Notes: generated from the sequence alone by a model not told the origin. Counted from the whole stretch's first letter, positions 1-13,844 are shown. The stretch: DNA of 62,575 bases, filler included, from Choristocarpus tenellus KU-1152 (GCA_964200185.2; 12 parts of 12 records of this genome joined end to end with filler, not necessarily neighbours in it), one strand, 5' to 3'. Numbers and translations: made by a program.

Positions 1-631
1 ATATAGAAGGGGTACAAGAAGCCCAATGCTGAAGATGTTCATGCAACTGGAGACAGCTGACCGGAAATATATTAGTAGATGAATGTAGGGTTGGGGTCAT
101 AGGTACGAGGTGGGGCATTGCTCCCTTGTACCCTCCTGGCCCCCCCAACCCCCTCTTTCCGCCCCTGGTCTATTAGTTGCTCTGTGACAGGTAAATAGTG
201 AGGCTTGGAGAACCCCAAATGGGTTTGCTTTATGATGAGAGGCATGTCATTGACAGACTAGATCCAGAGAGGAGTTTGTTCCCCGAATTCTTTTGCGGAG
301 TGAATCCTGTGTGGGAGGGAGTAGGGGGGGTCATTTTGTGTGTCAGAACAAGTCCCCTGTTTTGACNNNNNNNNNNCCTTGTGTTTCTTGTGGTGGATGG
401 GTGGGTAGGGTGTGGTGGCGTGGACATGCGGGGGGGGGGGGGGGGGTCATTTTGTGTGTCAGAACAAGTCCCCTGTTTTGACTTCTTGAGATGTGCTTCA
501 ATCACATCTTGCGTTAATTGCTCAGGTTGCATCAACACTATGCAAAAGGACACTGCTTTTGTATGACCTGCAGGCAACTCTGCTGATCACACCTTTTTTA
601 CATCATAAACTAATGTCCTTTTTTTTTTAAG

Positions 632-2720
632 GTGGTGACCCTGTGGTATCGAGCCCCTGAGATCCTTCTTGGCACTCAGACATATGCACCACCGGTGGAC
701 CTGTGGGCAGTAGGGACCATCCTTGTTGAAATGGTCACAAAAAGGCCACTGTTCCCGGGAGACTCAGAGATCGATGAGATCTACAAGATTTTCCAGTTGA
801 GAAATAGCTCAGTGGGCTGCAGCATTTTTTTCTAAACGACTGACTGCATGAAATAAAACAATTTTCATCAATTGTTGATTTTTTTGGTGGGGATAGCATA
901 TGTGTGAATTACTGTTGGAGTGAGGAAGGTGGCGGTGGGGGGGGCAAGGGTAGCAGAAATTTGGCAAGGGGGATGGAGAGCTTGCACTTTCCCCTTCACT
1001 CTTTAGATACCCCTCAGGGAGACCATTTACCTCATGTTTTCCATCTGGGCTCAAGGCTGTCATTGTATCAACTACTCTGGTCTGTGCCCTTCGGTGCAAA
1101 AAGCAGGTGGTGGTCAGTCTCGTGTTCTCCCTCTCTCCCCACACACAATTAAAGGGTCACTATGGCATTCTGATTATCATACTCGTGCTAGGGGAGGTAG
1201 GAGGGTTATGGAGGGCTGAGAGAAAAGCTCACTACTTTTTATTTTCCACTTCTCTACAGCAAATAGAAACCCTCATGTTTTTATTGATATCTCACTTGCA
1301 ATCCAAAGCCCCCCACCTGCCCTCTTTTGTCCTGCATGCTTAGGCTTGATTTGATTTAGTTTTTTCCCTCACAATCAAACCTGCCAATGTCCAGTCAATC
1401 AACATGCTGTTGCTTTAGTCTCAATGTGCCCCCCTTTCATCCCCGGTTTCCATTTGTCTCTTTTTCGACTGAACAGACTGTTGGGCACACCCAATGAAGA
1501 GACCTGGCCTAATGTAACTGACCTTCAGGATTGGAACCCGGGGTTCCCCAACTGGCCCCGGCTCAGCCTAGCACACCGCTCGCAGGGGATAGATGAGTAT
1601 GGTCTGGACATGCTTGAGGTGAGGCTTGAAATGTTCTGGACAAGGCGTTGAATGCATGGATTTTCAAAATGTCATTTTGTATACTGAGTGCGGTATCGTA
1701 CTCGGATGGTGATTTACAGTAGTGTGTTCCCCTTTTACTGTTGTTCCTTAAGTGATCACAGGTATGAGTAAAGGTGAAAAGTGCATTGATACATTATACA
1801 CCCATTACCGCTCAATGTTTGAACCTCTTTTATTATATTCATTTTATCTACAAGAATTTGTAACTGTATGGCACTTGTCATTGGTTGTATCAGTTCATAT
1901 ATGTGGTATACGGTGCATGTTCAACTCCATGCCTGGTCATTTTAACGTGCCGTTTATGCCGTTGTGGACCTCTCGTTCCCCCACCCCATCAACCTATTGA
2001 TACATCGTCTTGTCTTGTCCCTCAACTTGTCTTAATTGCTTGTAGAGCGTGTACTCAGGAGGTAGCAACCAATATCCATAGAGTAGTGCTCTGGCTCCTT
2101 GACATGATCTGGTGATCATAACTTGAACAGCTCTGCTGGACTGAACAAACCCCAGCTTGATATTGCCTGAATACAAACGTATACTAACATCACAAGACTG
2201 TTAGGCAGGAAAGGTGGCATGAAGCTGGGCTGGAAGCAATTGCAAACTTGTCACATACAAATAGATAGTAATGAATGGGCTTGTGCCCTTGTTCAACTAA
2301 ATACCCTGCTCTGTTTTACAGTATGGCCCACAAAAAACTTAACCTTGTTTTCTCATGTACTTCAAGCTTTTGTACCTGCAAAATAGTAATGCCCTACTTC
2401 ACCGCACCCCTTTGGACATCTTATCTCATACTGCTCATTTTTCCTCAATTTACTGACCGGCCTGTCTTGCAGTCACACCAAAACTAAAGGCATTGATGGT
2501 GCATTTTTTTATTTCACCTGCAGACTCTAGCAAGCAAAACAAGACAATTGAATCTCTTATCGATACTCTATCGTGCTTGCCATGGTGTGACATGGATCAC
2601 TTTGCCTACATCATTCTGATGACACAGAAACTTCTGGCTTACGATCCCAAGGCACGCATATCAGCCAAGCGAGCACTGTTACACCCATACTTTGACGACC
2701 TTGACAAGACCGATTGCTGA
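632..2720 (+). CDS. Cyclin-dependent kinase, CDK1/CDKA (cdc2) family, last three exons (5' part outside window)
   Basis: Exons 632-795, 1477-1618 and 2628-2720 with AG/GT borders join in frame: [85 protein letters not shown] is the CDK insert motif. The PSTAIRE helix is not in the window, so the subclass is not fixed. Confidence 0.93.
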
Positions 2721-4595
2721 GTAATGTCAACAGAAATGGTGGGGTGGGGCATGGGGCATGGACGTAGAGGAAGATGTGAGTGAGAGGACATATCAAACTG
2801 GATGGGCAAATGATGGGGTCAATCTATAACATCAGCCAAGGGGGCAAGCTGAGAGGGTGGAGGTGCGGCAGCAAGGGCAGCTATCCTGTTTTGTCACTTT
2901 GAACACAAAAGGTGGTATCTTTATTCATACCTCTATACATACCTGTGCCTTTTGGGGTTCAGAGATGGGGTAAGTTCGTCTCTCTGATTGCTCGTTTTCC
3001 TGTTATGTGAATTGTGAAACATACTGCGGTGTAGGCCTTTGAAGGGGGGGGGGGCTAGTTAGGACCCCTTGTAGACATTGTTGGAGGTATTGATTGGTTC
3101 TCCCACCTCCTGATTGGCCAGCCAAACATGTACTCCCACTGTCCGAGCATCGCAACTAGGGTGGTGAGATTTGGAGCTTGAGAGCACGTGCAATGTGACT
3201 TTCATCAGGGTTGCTTGACTATACAGATGTTATGGAAAGAAAGGATAGACAACCACCATCCCATATTGAAATTTAATAATACAGTCAGTCATCTGTATGA
3301 TTGTTTCACCGTGGCTTTTTGTCAAGTGCCGTACAATGCCCCCTGTGCACTGTGATGGAATGGTGATTGTCAAAAAATGCAGGCACGACTTGGTGAGGGT
3401 GCTTGTATGGACTTTATTTTGCAGTTGCTGTCGCTCTGCCAATGTTAAGACATGGCACACATACAGTGTGATGATATCACTGAGGATAAATAGTAGGGGA
3501 GAGGGGAGGGTAGGAAGAAACTACTCTGCAAGGATGAGTTGCATGATGAGTTCACAACAAAATGACCTGAACTTTGGTGCTATGGCTAATCCCATTTTGT
3601 GTTGTTAATAGCTCACTTTGAATGGATATGGAAGATGTAGAAACTGCTTAACCCCATGCGCAGGTTTGTGTGGTGCCTACCTAGCTATGTGAAGCACCCT
3701 GTTGCAGGTGCATTGAGTAGGTGTGGTGGGAGGTGCTGAAGGGGGGAGGGGAGTGATGCCTCGTTTGTGTCACACAATACGTGCCTATGGAATGGCAACT
3801 TACTGTAAATGTATGGGGGCCTGTGGGCCAGTTCTGTTTCGAGGAGAATGATCAAGAGCACAGCCTGTGCTGCTGTCTATACTCTGTATTCGACTGGTGT
3901 TAATATTTTCTCCCCAAAAGCAAGGGTAAATCTGATCTGATTTTTTGGCACTGGTTTATGTAACTCTCTTCTCCCCATGACCTGACCTTCTCAGGGATTT
4001 TTTGTTATTTGATGTACTTCGAAGTAATAGATCAGTCACCCACACATGCATGTGTCTGTACACCGTGTAATGCTTCCAAGGACCCCATCAGCAGTGTTGC
4101 TGCTATATTCACTCCACATCTGCCCATACAGAACATGTCTAAGTTTTGTCATCGATATGGTTGCACCCAGTGACATGAAGTAAACAACACGAAGTTCCCT
4201 CACAGTCCTTGCCACACATAGAGGTGGATGCAAAGGAACTGGAATCTGGAAACACCCACCAAGGTGACAAGAGAGAACCTGGAGGAGGCTAAGTGAAGGT
4301 AACTTATGCTTGCCTGCATAGAACTCTATTTCAGACGGAAGTAGCGTTCAAGATTTTCGAAAAATCTTTTGAATTTTTCGAGTTAGACAACAAACAAAAT
4401 ATGGTTGGATTTGTGGACAAAATAGACAAATCATTATTTAGCTCACTTTTGCTCCACAAATCAATAGGAACATAATATGTACAAATGTTTGTACGTGAAG
4501 GTCAAAGGAGTGAAGATGTACGAATTATGTACTGCACACAAGTCAATGTTGAGGAATGGTCAACAAATCCTGATTTGTCAATAAAACCTTGGTTT

Positions 4596-4852
4596 GAGTC
4601 GAAGTATCTTAGAGAGTAGAGCCGCGTCCATTTGGGGGCCCAAATCCAACATTGAGATTTTAATGCAATTTTGGCATCGTGTTGGTTAGGAAGTATCAAC
4701 ATCCATGTTCTGGACACACCTTTTCATAACGTACATATTTACCTACTCCGAAACATGTTGGGGTAGGAAAATGTCATAAAAAACTCCATGGAAAGCCAAG
4801 CCCCAAATGGACAAACAGGGCAAAACTCGTACCCTCTAAGATATTTTCACTC
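4596..4852 (-). mobile_element. MITE family A, complete copy (~257 bp)
   Basis: TIRs GAGTCGAAGTATCTTAGAGAGTA / TACCCTCTAAGATATTTTCACTC; TSD TTT; similar to nine other copies in the window. Confidence 0.9.
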
Positions 4853-5068
4853 TTTATGTACACATCATTTGTAGGTATCGCACACCATTTTATCAGCATG
4901 TGTAAATATGTCAAGAGAAGATAATTATGTGTTGTGATCTGTCCCTACCTCATCTTTGCATACTTCCACCATTCCGATTTAAATGTAACATAACTTTTGC
5001 GAGCTATGTTCTCGCCTGGGAACGTCCCACGTGACAAACCCTCTGGATGAGGATAGTTCTTACATAGA

Positions 5069-5650
5069 TTGGGAGGCGTACAAAATTTGATACGGTGGAG
5101 TGTGATGAGTATGGGTGATCACCAGTACAAAGTCGTATTTGACGTGGTTCAAAATCTCACAAAACCGTCAAAGTGGGTGTTTATTGTGATGCCCAGGACG
5201 AAGGCCCCAAGTTGTTCGAGCAGCTTGCTCATCCCATCATCGCCTGTCAGTCCTAATTCTTTGGACCAGAAGTGTGTCCGGGGTCCAGACTCGAACACCC
5301 TGACGAAGAACAGTGTGGTGGCATGATGCCTGGAGGCGAGAGGGTGCGAGACTCGGATGCCTCAGAGGACAACGGCGGCCATCATGGAGGACTGGAGAAT
5401 TTCCCAGATCACCGTTTTCCATCATCTGGAGGAGTATGACAGCCAGATCGCACAGGTGAATCCATGGTCCTTGTACGACATCACATGGGGCAATGTGGCC
5501 ACCGTACAAATATTCTCGACGTTTGGGATGTCCCATCAGTACATCACATATCCTTCCACAAATGGTCGGGCAAAGCTGGAGTCTCCCTTGCCTCTTTGTG
5601 GGATCTTTGCAGCCATGAGAAGGTAAAGAAGGTCAACCGGTGGATTAAGC
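5069..5650 (+). pseudogene. Eroded Mutator/MULE-like transposase fragment
   Basis: One frame with a single stop; FHHLEEYDSQIAQVNPWSLYDIT resembles the MULE 'Y..L..Y...l...NPGS' segment before the catalytic domain. By-eye similarity only. Confidence 0.3.
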
Positions 5651-5714
5651 CAGTCCTCTCAGACCAGCCACACACACAAGAGGGGGGAAACTGGGGTATT
5701 TGTGGACAATCAAT

Positions 5715-5923
5715 ATGGGCTTGGCTTCCCATGGGTTTATTTTATAATATTTTCCTACTCCGAAATGTTTAGGAGTAGGTAAAGTGTGCATGTTATGAAA
5801 AAGTGTGTCTGGAACATGGATATTGACACTTCCTTACAAACACGATAGCCAAAATTACATCAAAATCGCAACGTTGGATTTTAACCCCCCAAATGGACGC
5901 GGCTCTACCCTCTAAGATACTTT
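5715..5923 (+). mobile_element. MITE family A, 5'-truncated copy
   Basis: Internal sequence plus right end CAAATGGACGCGGCTCTACCCTCTAAGATACTTT; contig breaks just after it. Confidence 0.85.
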
Positions 5924-5945
5924 ACGGGGGGGCCCAAACCCCCAC

Positions 5946-6045
5946 NNNNNNNNNNNNNNNNNNNNNNNNNNNNNNNNNNNNNNNNNNNNTTAATTAATTA
6001 ANNNNNNNNNNNNNNNNNNNNNNNNNNNNNNNNNNNNNNNNNNNN
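5946..6045. other. Artificial contig-joining linker (N44-TTAATTAATTAA-N44)
   Basis: Identical 100-nt linker with stops in all six frames; also at 9368-9467, 14218-14317, 18794-18893, 27733-27832, 32073-32172, 39943-40042, 43683-43782, 47544-47643, 51706-51805 and 55725-55824. Confidence 0.97.
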
Positions 6046-6060
6046 TGGTGGTGGGGGGGG

Positions 6061-6091
<31 letters not shown>

Positions 6092-6689
6092 ATTTATCAA
6101 TGCAAGAAAGGGGTTTTGAGTACTTTTGTGCTCCATGTTTAGCTAGATACCGTAATGATGTAGATATGTTGGTGCCGTGGGATCATACTATTCATATTCG
6201 TAGCCTAAACATTGTATTTGTCTGAAATTTAGAAGAAAGAAAAAAAAGGATGATTCTTATGCATCGGGGAATCATTGCAAGACAATATGTATACTCCAAC
6301 TTATAAGTACATATTAATCAGTATGTGGAGTGTGTGAATGGATGCAATCACTGAATTGTGTGTTTTATAGCAATAGTGTTAGTATCTGGGAACATATCTG
6401 GGAACATCTCAACCACACATGGGTGACCCTAGGCTCCTCAACACGCCATCACATATTTTCTCCCCCGAAACGAAAGCCACAACCTATAACACTGTTCCAC
6501 ACGTCTAAACCACGCCTTCAAAGAAGTTCCATGTTATTAATTGTACCTGTGTGCATCTACATCTGTACCTGTGTGAACCCTTGACATGGTTTGTGCTTGG
6601 CAGAGGTGAGACCGCCCATCCACAACTATGACACAATCACAGTCTGGTTGTCAATGCTTCCTTATCCCTGATCCTGATCCTAATCTTAA

Positions 6690-6948
6690 GAGTGAAAGTA
6701 TCTTAGAGGGTACGAGTTTTGCCCTGTTAGTCCACTTGGGACTTGGCATCCCGTAGGTTTTTTGATGACATTTTCCTACTTCGAAATGTTTCAGAGTAGG
6801 AAAAATGTGTACATTATGAAAAGGTGTGTCTGGAACACGGATATTGACACTTCCTAACAAACACAATAGCCAAAATTACGTCAAAATCGCACTATTGGAT
6901 TTTGGCCCCCAAATGGACGTGGCCCTACCCTCTAAGATACTTTGGCTC
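6690..6948 (+). mobile_element. MITE family A, complete copy
   Basis: GAGTGAAAGTATCTTAGAGGGTA...TACCCTCTAAGATACTTTGGCTC; TSD TTAA. Confidence 0.92.
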
Positions 6949-9279
6949 TTAAGCACGAACGGTGTAGATAGGTGCATCAACTAATGTGTTACGATTTCAA
7001 TGTAACTATATCAGTGTATGCAAGCAACAATGCACCAACAGACCAATGCATCGCATTGATAAAGGTGCATTGAAGTGCGGATTGACCAAGACCGTGTTTG
7101 CACTTGAATGTCCGCACCAACATCTCCTATGATGTACACCATACTGGTTCCATTCCATAACAATGGCGTGTGCTGTCGAAAAAAATATAGGTATACTATC
7201 ACCCCCTTAAGGACATGATAACTCCACCACTGGATTCCTCTTACTCTATTTTCGGATGGGACACACTGTAGGACTATATTGTCCATGGATGTGCTCCTTC
7301 TATGCCACAACTTCTAAGTCCCAAAATACTCGTTAGATTGATACTATTTGTTCAAACCCGATACCGTCATCCTAACCCTCCAACTCCCATGCCAACATAC
7401 CAAACTGTGAACTCTACAGTAGGTATAGAGCCTGGTGCCTTGAGCTCTAGAGTGCTGACAGTGTCCCAGTTGAAAGGGCAAGGCATGCACCGCTTGCTTC
7501 TGTAGCGTATGCGCACAACTTGATGCAAAAGCAGCTTGCCGTGATAATGTATGCTGTGCTGGCAAAGGAAAGAGTGTCACCCTAAAAACAAGACGCGATC
7601 CCTTAGTATTGTGGTGATGCCTTTGAGGTTGAAAGAAGGGTATAGTTGTGAAAAGTCACCCTTTCCCAACAATCAACTAGCCTGGGTGCCACCTTGAATC
7701 AATAGGGATGCACATGTAAATATCCGTACCTTGTCAAATTATTCCTCACTACAAAATATTCTTTGGCAAGAAAGAGTGTTACAAAACCTGTTCTTCATCG
7801 CATGCCTAGCAGTCCTTCATGGGGTTGAGGTAGATCAGAACACAACTGAAATGTTATTCTACGAAATCAAAAGATAGTAGGACATGTACCTTAGCATTTA
7901 CAATCAAAAAAATTCCTGAACACTCCCCCTGTGAAAGAAAAGAAATTTCCCAACGGACTAAACACGGGGCACGTTCATGTTCACCCTTCAGGACGTGGAA
8001 ATGCGTGCAAGGGAGGTAGCAGAGGCCGAGAAGCAGCGCTTGATGAAAGAGAGGCAACAGAAGCTTCTAGAGGGGCAGGAGGTAAACGACACCTGACTGT
8101 AATACAGAAGAGGTTTGAATAGGGCAGAGAGAAGTAAGAGTAGTGGTAAGTACAAATAGTAATGTAATGGTTATTTTATCATGGTAGGGTTGAGGGGTAG
8201 CAGACATGGTACGGCAAAGACCCTTTGGTCCAAAATTTCGACCAAATAAGGAGTATCGTATTCAACCAATGGGATGTCTTCGCCTCATAACCTCCCCTAC
8301 TTCTTCGATGTCCACCGCCCCTCTACCCTCGAAACTGGTGTTGAGGTCGCATAGATGATGATTTTGCTGAGCAGTCTAATCTGTTGACTAAACAAGTGGG
8401 TAAAATCACAAGGGTACCTTTGGGAAGAAAGAGTAAGATGGCAGATATGTTTGAGAGCATTAAATGTCGAGCAAGCAAGGCACATGGAAACTCTTAGATA
8501 TATAGGTAAGCTGAGCTGAAGGTTGTTATCACTATACTTGAATTCCAACCCGAAGTCCTGATGCCCCTGCATGTTCTCCTGCATCAATTGGATTATTGTC
8601 CATGTAAGCACTGTCGAGAATAGGCCCAAGTACAAGCTCTTTTCTGCAACTGTTATGTACAAAACAGTCTATCAACGGCGAATCACTCTGAAACCTAACT
8701 CAAACATCATGCCAGCCCCACGCATTGACACAATCCCTGACTATGTTCCTGTCCTGTGCCCCACCCCAACGCCATTATCTCGAACAAAAACTGGAGCAAA
8801 TATTCCCCAAACACCTCCTGCATGCAAATACTAACTGAATACCCTAATTTTGAGACCCTGTCTCTAACCCTAAACCTAACACCAAACCATGGTTGAGGTC
8901 AGCTCAAGGATACACAGGATACGCTCTGTTGACATAGATGTTAGGCTTATGTTACAATGAAGCTTCGGTTGCCACAGAATGGAGCACAAAGAGCAAAGCT
9001 CAAGCTGCTAGAACCAGATGTAGACAGATGTTGGTATTAGATTGGATGTCTTCAGTAATAATGGTGGGTTTTGTTCATCTCATGAAAGACGTAGCAATCA
9101 ATTATTGTACTGAGATTGTACTGACACCAAACACACATGCATTTACCAAGTATAAAAATGATAGTCTACAATAGTACTAGAGAGTGTGGGTATTAACATA
9201 GGTACCAATCTACCTGCTTGAGCAAGGTCAGTTGTACGTCTATCAAGGGATCACTGGACAGTATCAAAGATACAATATT

Positions 9280-9367
9280 GAGTGAAACTATCTATGAACA
9301 GGTGTGTCCGAAACATAGATATTGGCACTTCCTAACAAACACGATAGCCAAAATTACATCAAAATCA
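9280..9367 (+). mobile_element. MITE family A, internally deleted and cut by contig end
   Basis: GAGTGAAACTATCT joined directly to the internal GGTGTGTCC..CACTTCCTAACAAACACGATAGCC segment. Confidence 0.8.
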
Positions 9368-10046
9368 NNNNNNNNNNNNNNNNNNNNNNNNNNNNNNNNN
9401 NNNNNNNNNNNTTAATTAATTAANNNNNNNNNNNNNNNNNNNNNNNNNNNNNNNNNNNNNNNNNNNNTTTTTTCTATCATTCGTCAAAGTTATATCATCA
9501 GTTACTTGTATGAAATTTCCAGTGCAAATGAGACCTACTGGCTTAGTGAGGTGTGTTGGTTAGTTTTTTTTTTGCTGAATTCTACGTAGTATTTGTGTTT
9601 TGATATTTTTTATACATGACATCCTTCTCCCACATAACCAACCCCTCAACCATCTTAATATTCTTCTTTGCTATTTTATATGCCGCATATTCATGATTTG
9701 AGAAGGAGTAGCAAGGGCTAAACCTGATCGATATCTCTGCTGCTGGTAGACACCAGCGCTTCTATCCATAGGTGTCATAGAGTTGTTGACGATTAAACGT
9801 CAACTCATAGCACTAACACTCCTACTCTTGACAACACTAGAATGCCTCGTGGTGCGTCATACATTCATATAAGTTTGTCCTCATTTTACTTTTTTGCTAG
9901 TGATCTTGAGCGATTCATGCAGTGTACAACTGAGCATAAAATTACACCTCGGTGCAAATAGATTAGGATAGGGACGGACCTGACCAAAAAGAAACGTTGG
10001 TTGATACACCCGAGCACACTTGCATTCATCCTTCCCTCATTGAAAG

Positions 10047-10249
10047 GTTACCGGGGGAACATTTAGCGAGAATTCTGCAGGCTCAGGAGGTTTTATGAAC
10101 GTGGAGGTGACTAAGAAGGTGTCATGTATCGGAGCCATTGTGGAGGGCAACAAGGCAGACATTGGGGGGGCTCTCTTCTTTAGGGGGGGTGGCGCTGACT
10201 GGGAATGTGACTGCATGAACAATACTGCAGAAAATGGTGGAGGGGCAAT
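10047..10249 (+). CDS. Single exon of a POMP-repeat (polymorphic outer membrane protein-like, beta-helix) protein
   Basis: AG/GT-bounded exon reading VTGGTFSENSAGSGGFM...EGNKADIGGALF...MNNTAENGGGAI, with repeated FxxN/NxA and GGA[LI] motifs. Missed by the ORF track. Confidence 0.75.
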
Positions 10250-10449
10250 GTGAGGAGGGGTAGACGGCTTTGTAAGATGTTTACTCACTGAAGAGGGATA
10301 AGAGATAGAATGTGACAATATTATTGAGCCTTCATTTTTTTCGTAAGTTTTCCTATGGGTCGTGTCTAAACTATCAGGCTGACGACTTTCTCCCTGTTGA
10401 CAAGACTCTCCATGCAATCTGTCCTATGTTGGCTACTCTTTGACGTGCT

Positions 10450-13400
10450 CTTTTACCTGTGAACGATGATATCAAGGATTGCAGTTTTGTGTTAAGTTAC
10501 TGTATGCCTTGACAGTGATGGCACCACATCACTTGTTGAATTGACCATGGCGTCTAGTGTCTGACCACACTATAGCTTTTCAATTATTTTTCGAAGCTCT
10601 TGCCATGACATCTCATTTTCTCGTACACTCTTACTATCAACAGCCTAATCTCAATTACACACTACTAGGTACATTCAGGATGGCAGTGTGTCGATCAGAA
10701 ATATGTCCTTGATTGGTAACACTCAACGATCGGGAGCTGTGGTGTATCTAGGAGACAGCACCCTCACTGCAGATCAGGTGGGGATGAACTAATCTCCGCC
10801 AGTTATCCATAGATGGCTTGTCAGCACACTGAATGTGCTCAGTAAGATTAAACCTGGTGCTCTCAACACATAGTATGAAAGTTCCTAACACAATTTTCCA
10901 TGGAGAACGATTATTGGACGGTGTAATCAAACTGAATGAATTGGCGTTGTGTGGATCCCCCTAAAGGAGTTGGGTTGTTTTTTCATGAGTAAAAGTCTCC
11001 AAAAATATTCCATTGGGGGTCACTATTTTCGCATTGTCGATGCTTGCATCCTTTGTAGCCAAAAATCTTGGTAGTGCAATCAGGATGAATCAGAAGTATC
11101 AAGAGTTTAACTATAGTACCTCCTGCTCCGGTCAGAAACCAAGCCCCAAAACTCAAGACTCACTCATGTGCTACTGTACGACAAGATCTTGCCTTGTCGC
11201 CTTGTTCTACATCCCTGGGCATAGAAATCCTTCCCAGTATTATACCTTCATCGCAAACCTCGACCAGATAGGCTGCAGAAAACATGCACTCCAGTGTTTA
11301 TAACTGTGTTGGTGAAATTGGTTGATGTGGTTGCTAGTATGTTCGTGTAATAAGAGAGGATTGGATTAGGATTATTGCTCATTATTCCAATGTTGTATGA
11401 CGAGGAACAGGGGCTCGTTAGCACAATTTATGCTGTCTAGTTGTAGCATGCTAGAAACCACCATCCTGGACACGCTACTTCAGTGCCTGCTGTACTAAGC
11501 CCAGGCTCCTCGCCACACCAATCTTGTCTTCGAAATGCTGGTGTTGTAGATATGTTCCTACGCAACAACTGTTTATATTATCATCTTAAATGTTGTTGAT
11601 TCAATCAACCTCCAGTTACCTTCTCTTCCATACAATATTCTACCTACCGCAGCTCCACAAGGGAACCAAACATGTCAAGTATCTATCACATGTGAACGTG
11701 TGGCAGGTGATTTTTCGAGAGAGTGGTGGGTCTAGAGCATTGGCCGTGGATGTTAACCCTGCTTCGACCCTTTTGGCAGTGAACACCTCCTTTGAAGGGT
11801 TTGAGGGGGAGGTAAGATACTTACATAAAATTCTGCGACACTCTATCGTAATCCTTGTCGAACATGCGTGTGTGGTAGGTTGAACGAGAAGAGTGATAGT
11901 ACCCTTGGGCATGCCTACCTACGAAATTTACCTAGAAAGTAATGCAATAGCATTTTTTGTTCTTGTGGGCATAGTTATGCTTGAGTGGCACTCCTTCCTG
12001 GTTTGTACTTGGCATTTGTCTATCAGTGACAGATCTGTCTAATTCTCTAGAGCTCATTCCTAACATTGACTGCTCCCTCTTTCTCGATCTTAAGTTCTGA
12101 ATTGGTTATGTGCTCTTTAAATTATTTCCTCTAACAAGATGCACCTTTTGCAACAGATCTTTTGCTGAGATGAACCTAATCCCAACAGTGCTTTGACTTG
12201 TCGCTTAATCTTTGTCATACAAGGAGGTGATTGTGAGTGACGGCAATTTAACGCTTGATGCGTGCGACTTCAGCAAGAGCGCTGCCCCAGTCCTTGTCAC
12301 ATTGGGTGTCACTTCCATCTCTGTAATCCGGAATGCTGCTTTGGGGGACCTGAACTGTGAGAGGAATTCTTGGCTACACATTTGATGCCTCTACGGTATT
12401 TTCAACTTAAAGGGAATGGCGAAGGATTGTCGCTCTGATGGTATACAACAAGAACTGTCAATCTTTTGTCTTTCCTTTAAAAAAACTCTCCCCCCCACCT
12501 GTGGAGCAGACAAGGCTCCAATTGCCGCTGGTGCAGTGCCTGGCAGTGCTGGGTTTGTGAACAAGGACCTACTTGTTGGATGTATGGACGACTGGCCCTT
12601 TGAGGGTATGGGTGGAGGAGAAACAATTTGTGGTTCTAAACATTGGGAATGCTTGGGTGGAGATTTTGGAGTATATTGCCAGTGTCTGGCAGGAGGTTCA
12701 GTGCCTGATGGAGAAGAGGTTAGTGACGGGGCTGGGGGGGGTAGGGTGGAAAGTGTTTCCCAGTCTTTCTATACCAATTCCATTGTGAACTTCTCGTTGT
12801 TACCGATGGTCTTGAACAAGTAACTGGCTCTCTCTTCTAAAATAGAATGTTGGTATCTCGGTGGTTGTATGTATTTGTGTTTCTCTCAGTATTTGGCATA
12901 TTTTGTGTTCTCTTGGCCACTGCAACAAATCTGTGGTAAAATGGATATTATAGATCCCATATAGAGCTTATGACCTCCCAAAAATGTACATCTTATATAG
13001 CAAAATGAGCTTCCACACACGTTCGCTCTTAGTTAAAAGAGGAGCAAGAAATGAGGTATTGATAAATTATTAGATTGTTCGCATCAGATCATTATGGCGC
13101 TGTGGACCATGTAGTTCTGCGGACAGCTATGCATTTACCTCAATCTTCAGCTTCACTTTGTCTTTTTTATAACCCTTGGGTGAAAAACTAATATCTGGAA
13201 TTTCTCTTCAATGCAGGAATGTGAAGAGAGTAGTGCTTGAGGAAGTATTTTCTTGCTCATGCCTACTTGACCTTTATGAACTTGGGGATTTTGGACATGA
13301 ACGCCATTTGTCATTACAGTCTTCACCATATAAATATCGATACCAGTGAAAACAATAAACTTCAGTGCACTATACCCATCTTTGTCGCATAAATCTTGAA

Positions 13401-13844
13401 GCTTCCATGTACTCTCCAAAAAGTACTATTTGTGAAGCATGCCCCCCACCCAATGTGCAAAAGAAATCACCCACAAGATTCCCAATGCTTCTTTCAGGTT
13501 TGTCTTGGTGGACCAGGAACACTGAGCCTTTCGGTTTCTGCTGATTCAGACCTTGTGGATTACCCGAGTCTAGTTACAGCAGATCTATCTGTAAGTGCAA
13601 ACTCATCAGGATTCACACATGCCATGTGGTCTATGAGAGTGTTGGATTCAGAAGGGTTTAAAAACTGGGACATCTTCCCTTCAACTGGATTGTTGAAACC
13701 AGGAGAGAGGTGAGAGGTCTGGTCCATATTGAGGGCTGAAGATTAGGAGGATTGAGGGCAACTGACAAATCGTGCGGCTACTGTTTTTGTGACTCCTTCA
13801 TTGTCTGCCTTTGCATTCTTCCTCTATCTGTATGTTATTGTCAT
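10450..13844 (-). pseudogene. Heavily eroded Ty3/gypsy-like gag-pol relic
   Basis: Long minus-strand coding-like stretch with many stops: Pro-rich gag-like part (~12400-13844), then RT-like remnants REGNWRL (cf. KDGxWRL) and INTGVHVFCSLSGRGL (cf. TxxGxYxFxxLPFGL) near 11250-11640. Confidence 0.4.

Noticed and set aside
324-482. Direct repeat GGGGTCATTTTGTGTGTCAGAACAAGTCCCCTGTTTTGAC on both sides of a 10-N gap
   Set aside because: Most simply an overlap artefact at a scaffold gap next to a G homopolymer
6651-6866. Recurrent peptides such as [19 protein letters not shown] in several short ORFs
   Set aside because: They are chance translations of the non-coding MITE, not a protein family
6690-6948. 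Assignment of the MITEs to Transib/RAG or piggyBac
   Set aside because: Ends are GAG not CAC or CCC, TSDs are 3-4 bp not 5 bp, and only one of seven is TTAA
8250-8700. Possible DIRS/tyrosine-recombinase relic (GLRVG.. and EGRWTS on minus strand)
   Set aside because: Only two short motifs in different frames; the HxxR and catalytic Tyr are not recognisable
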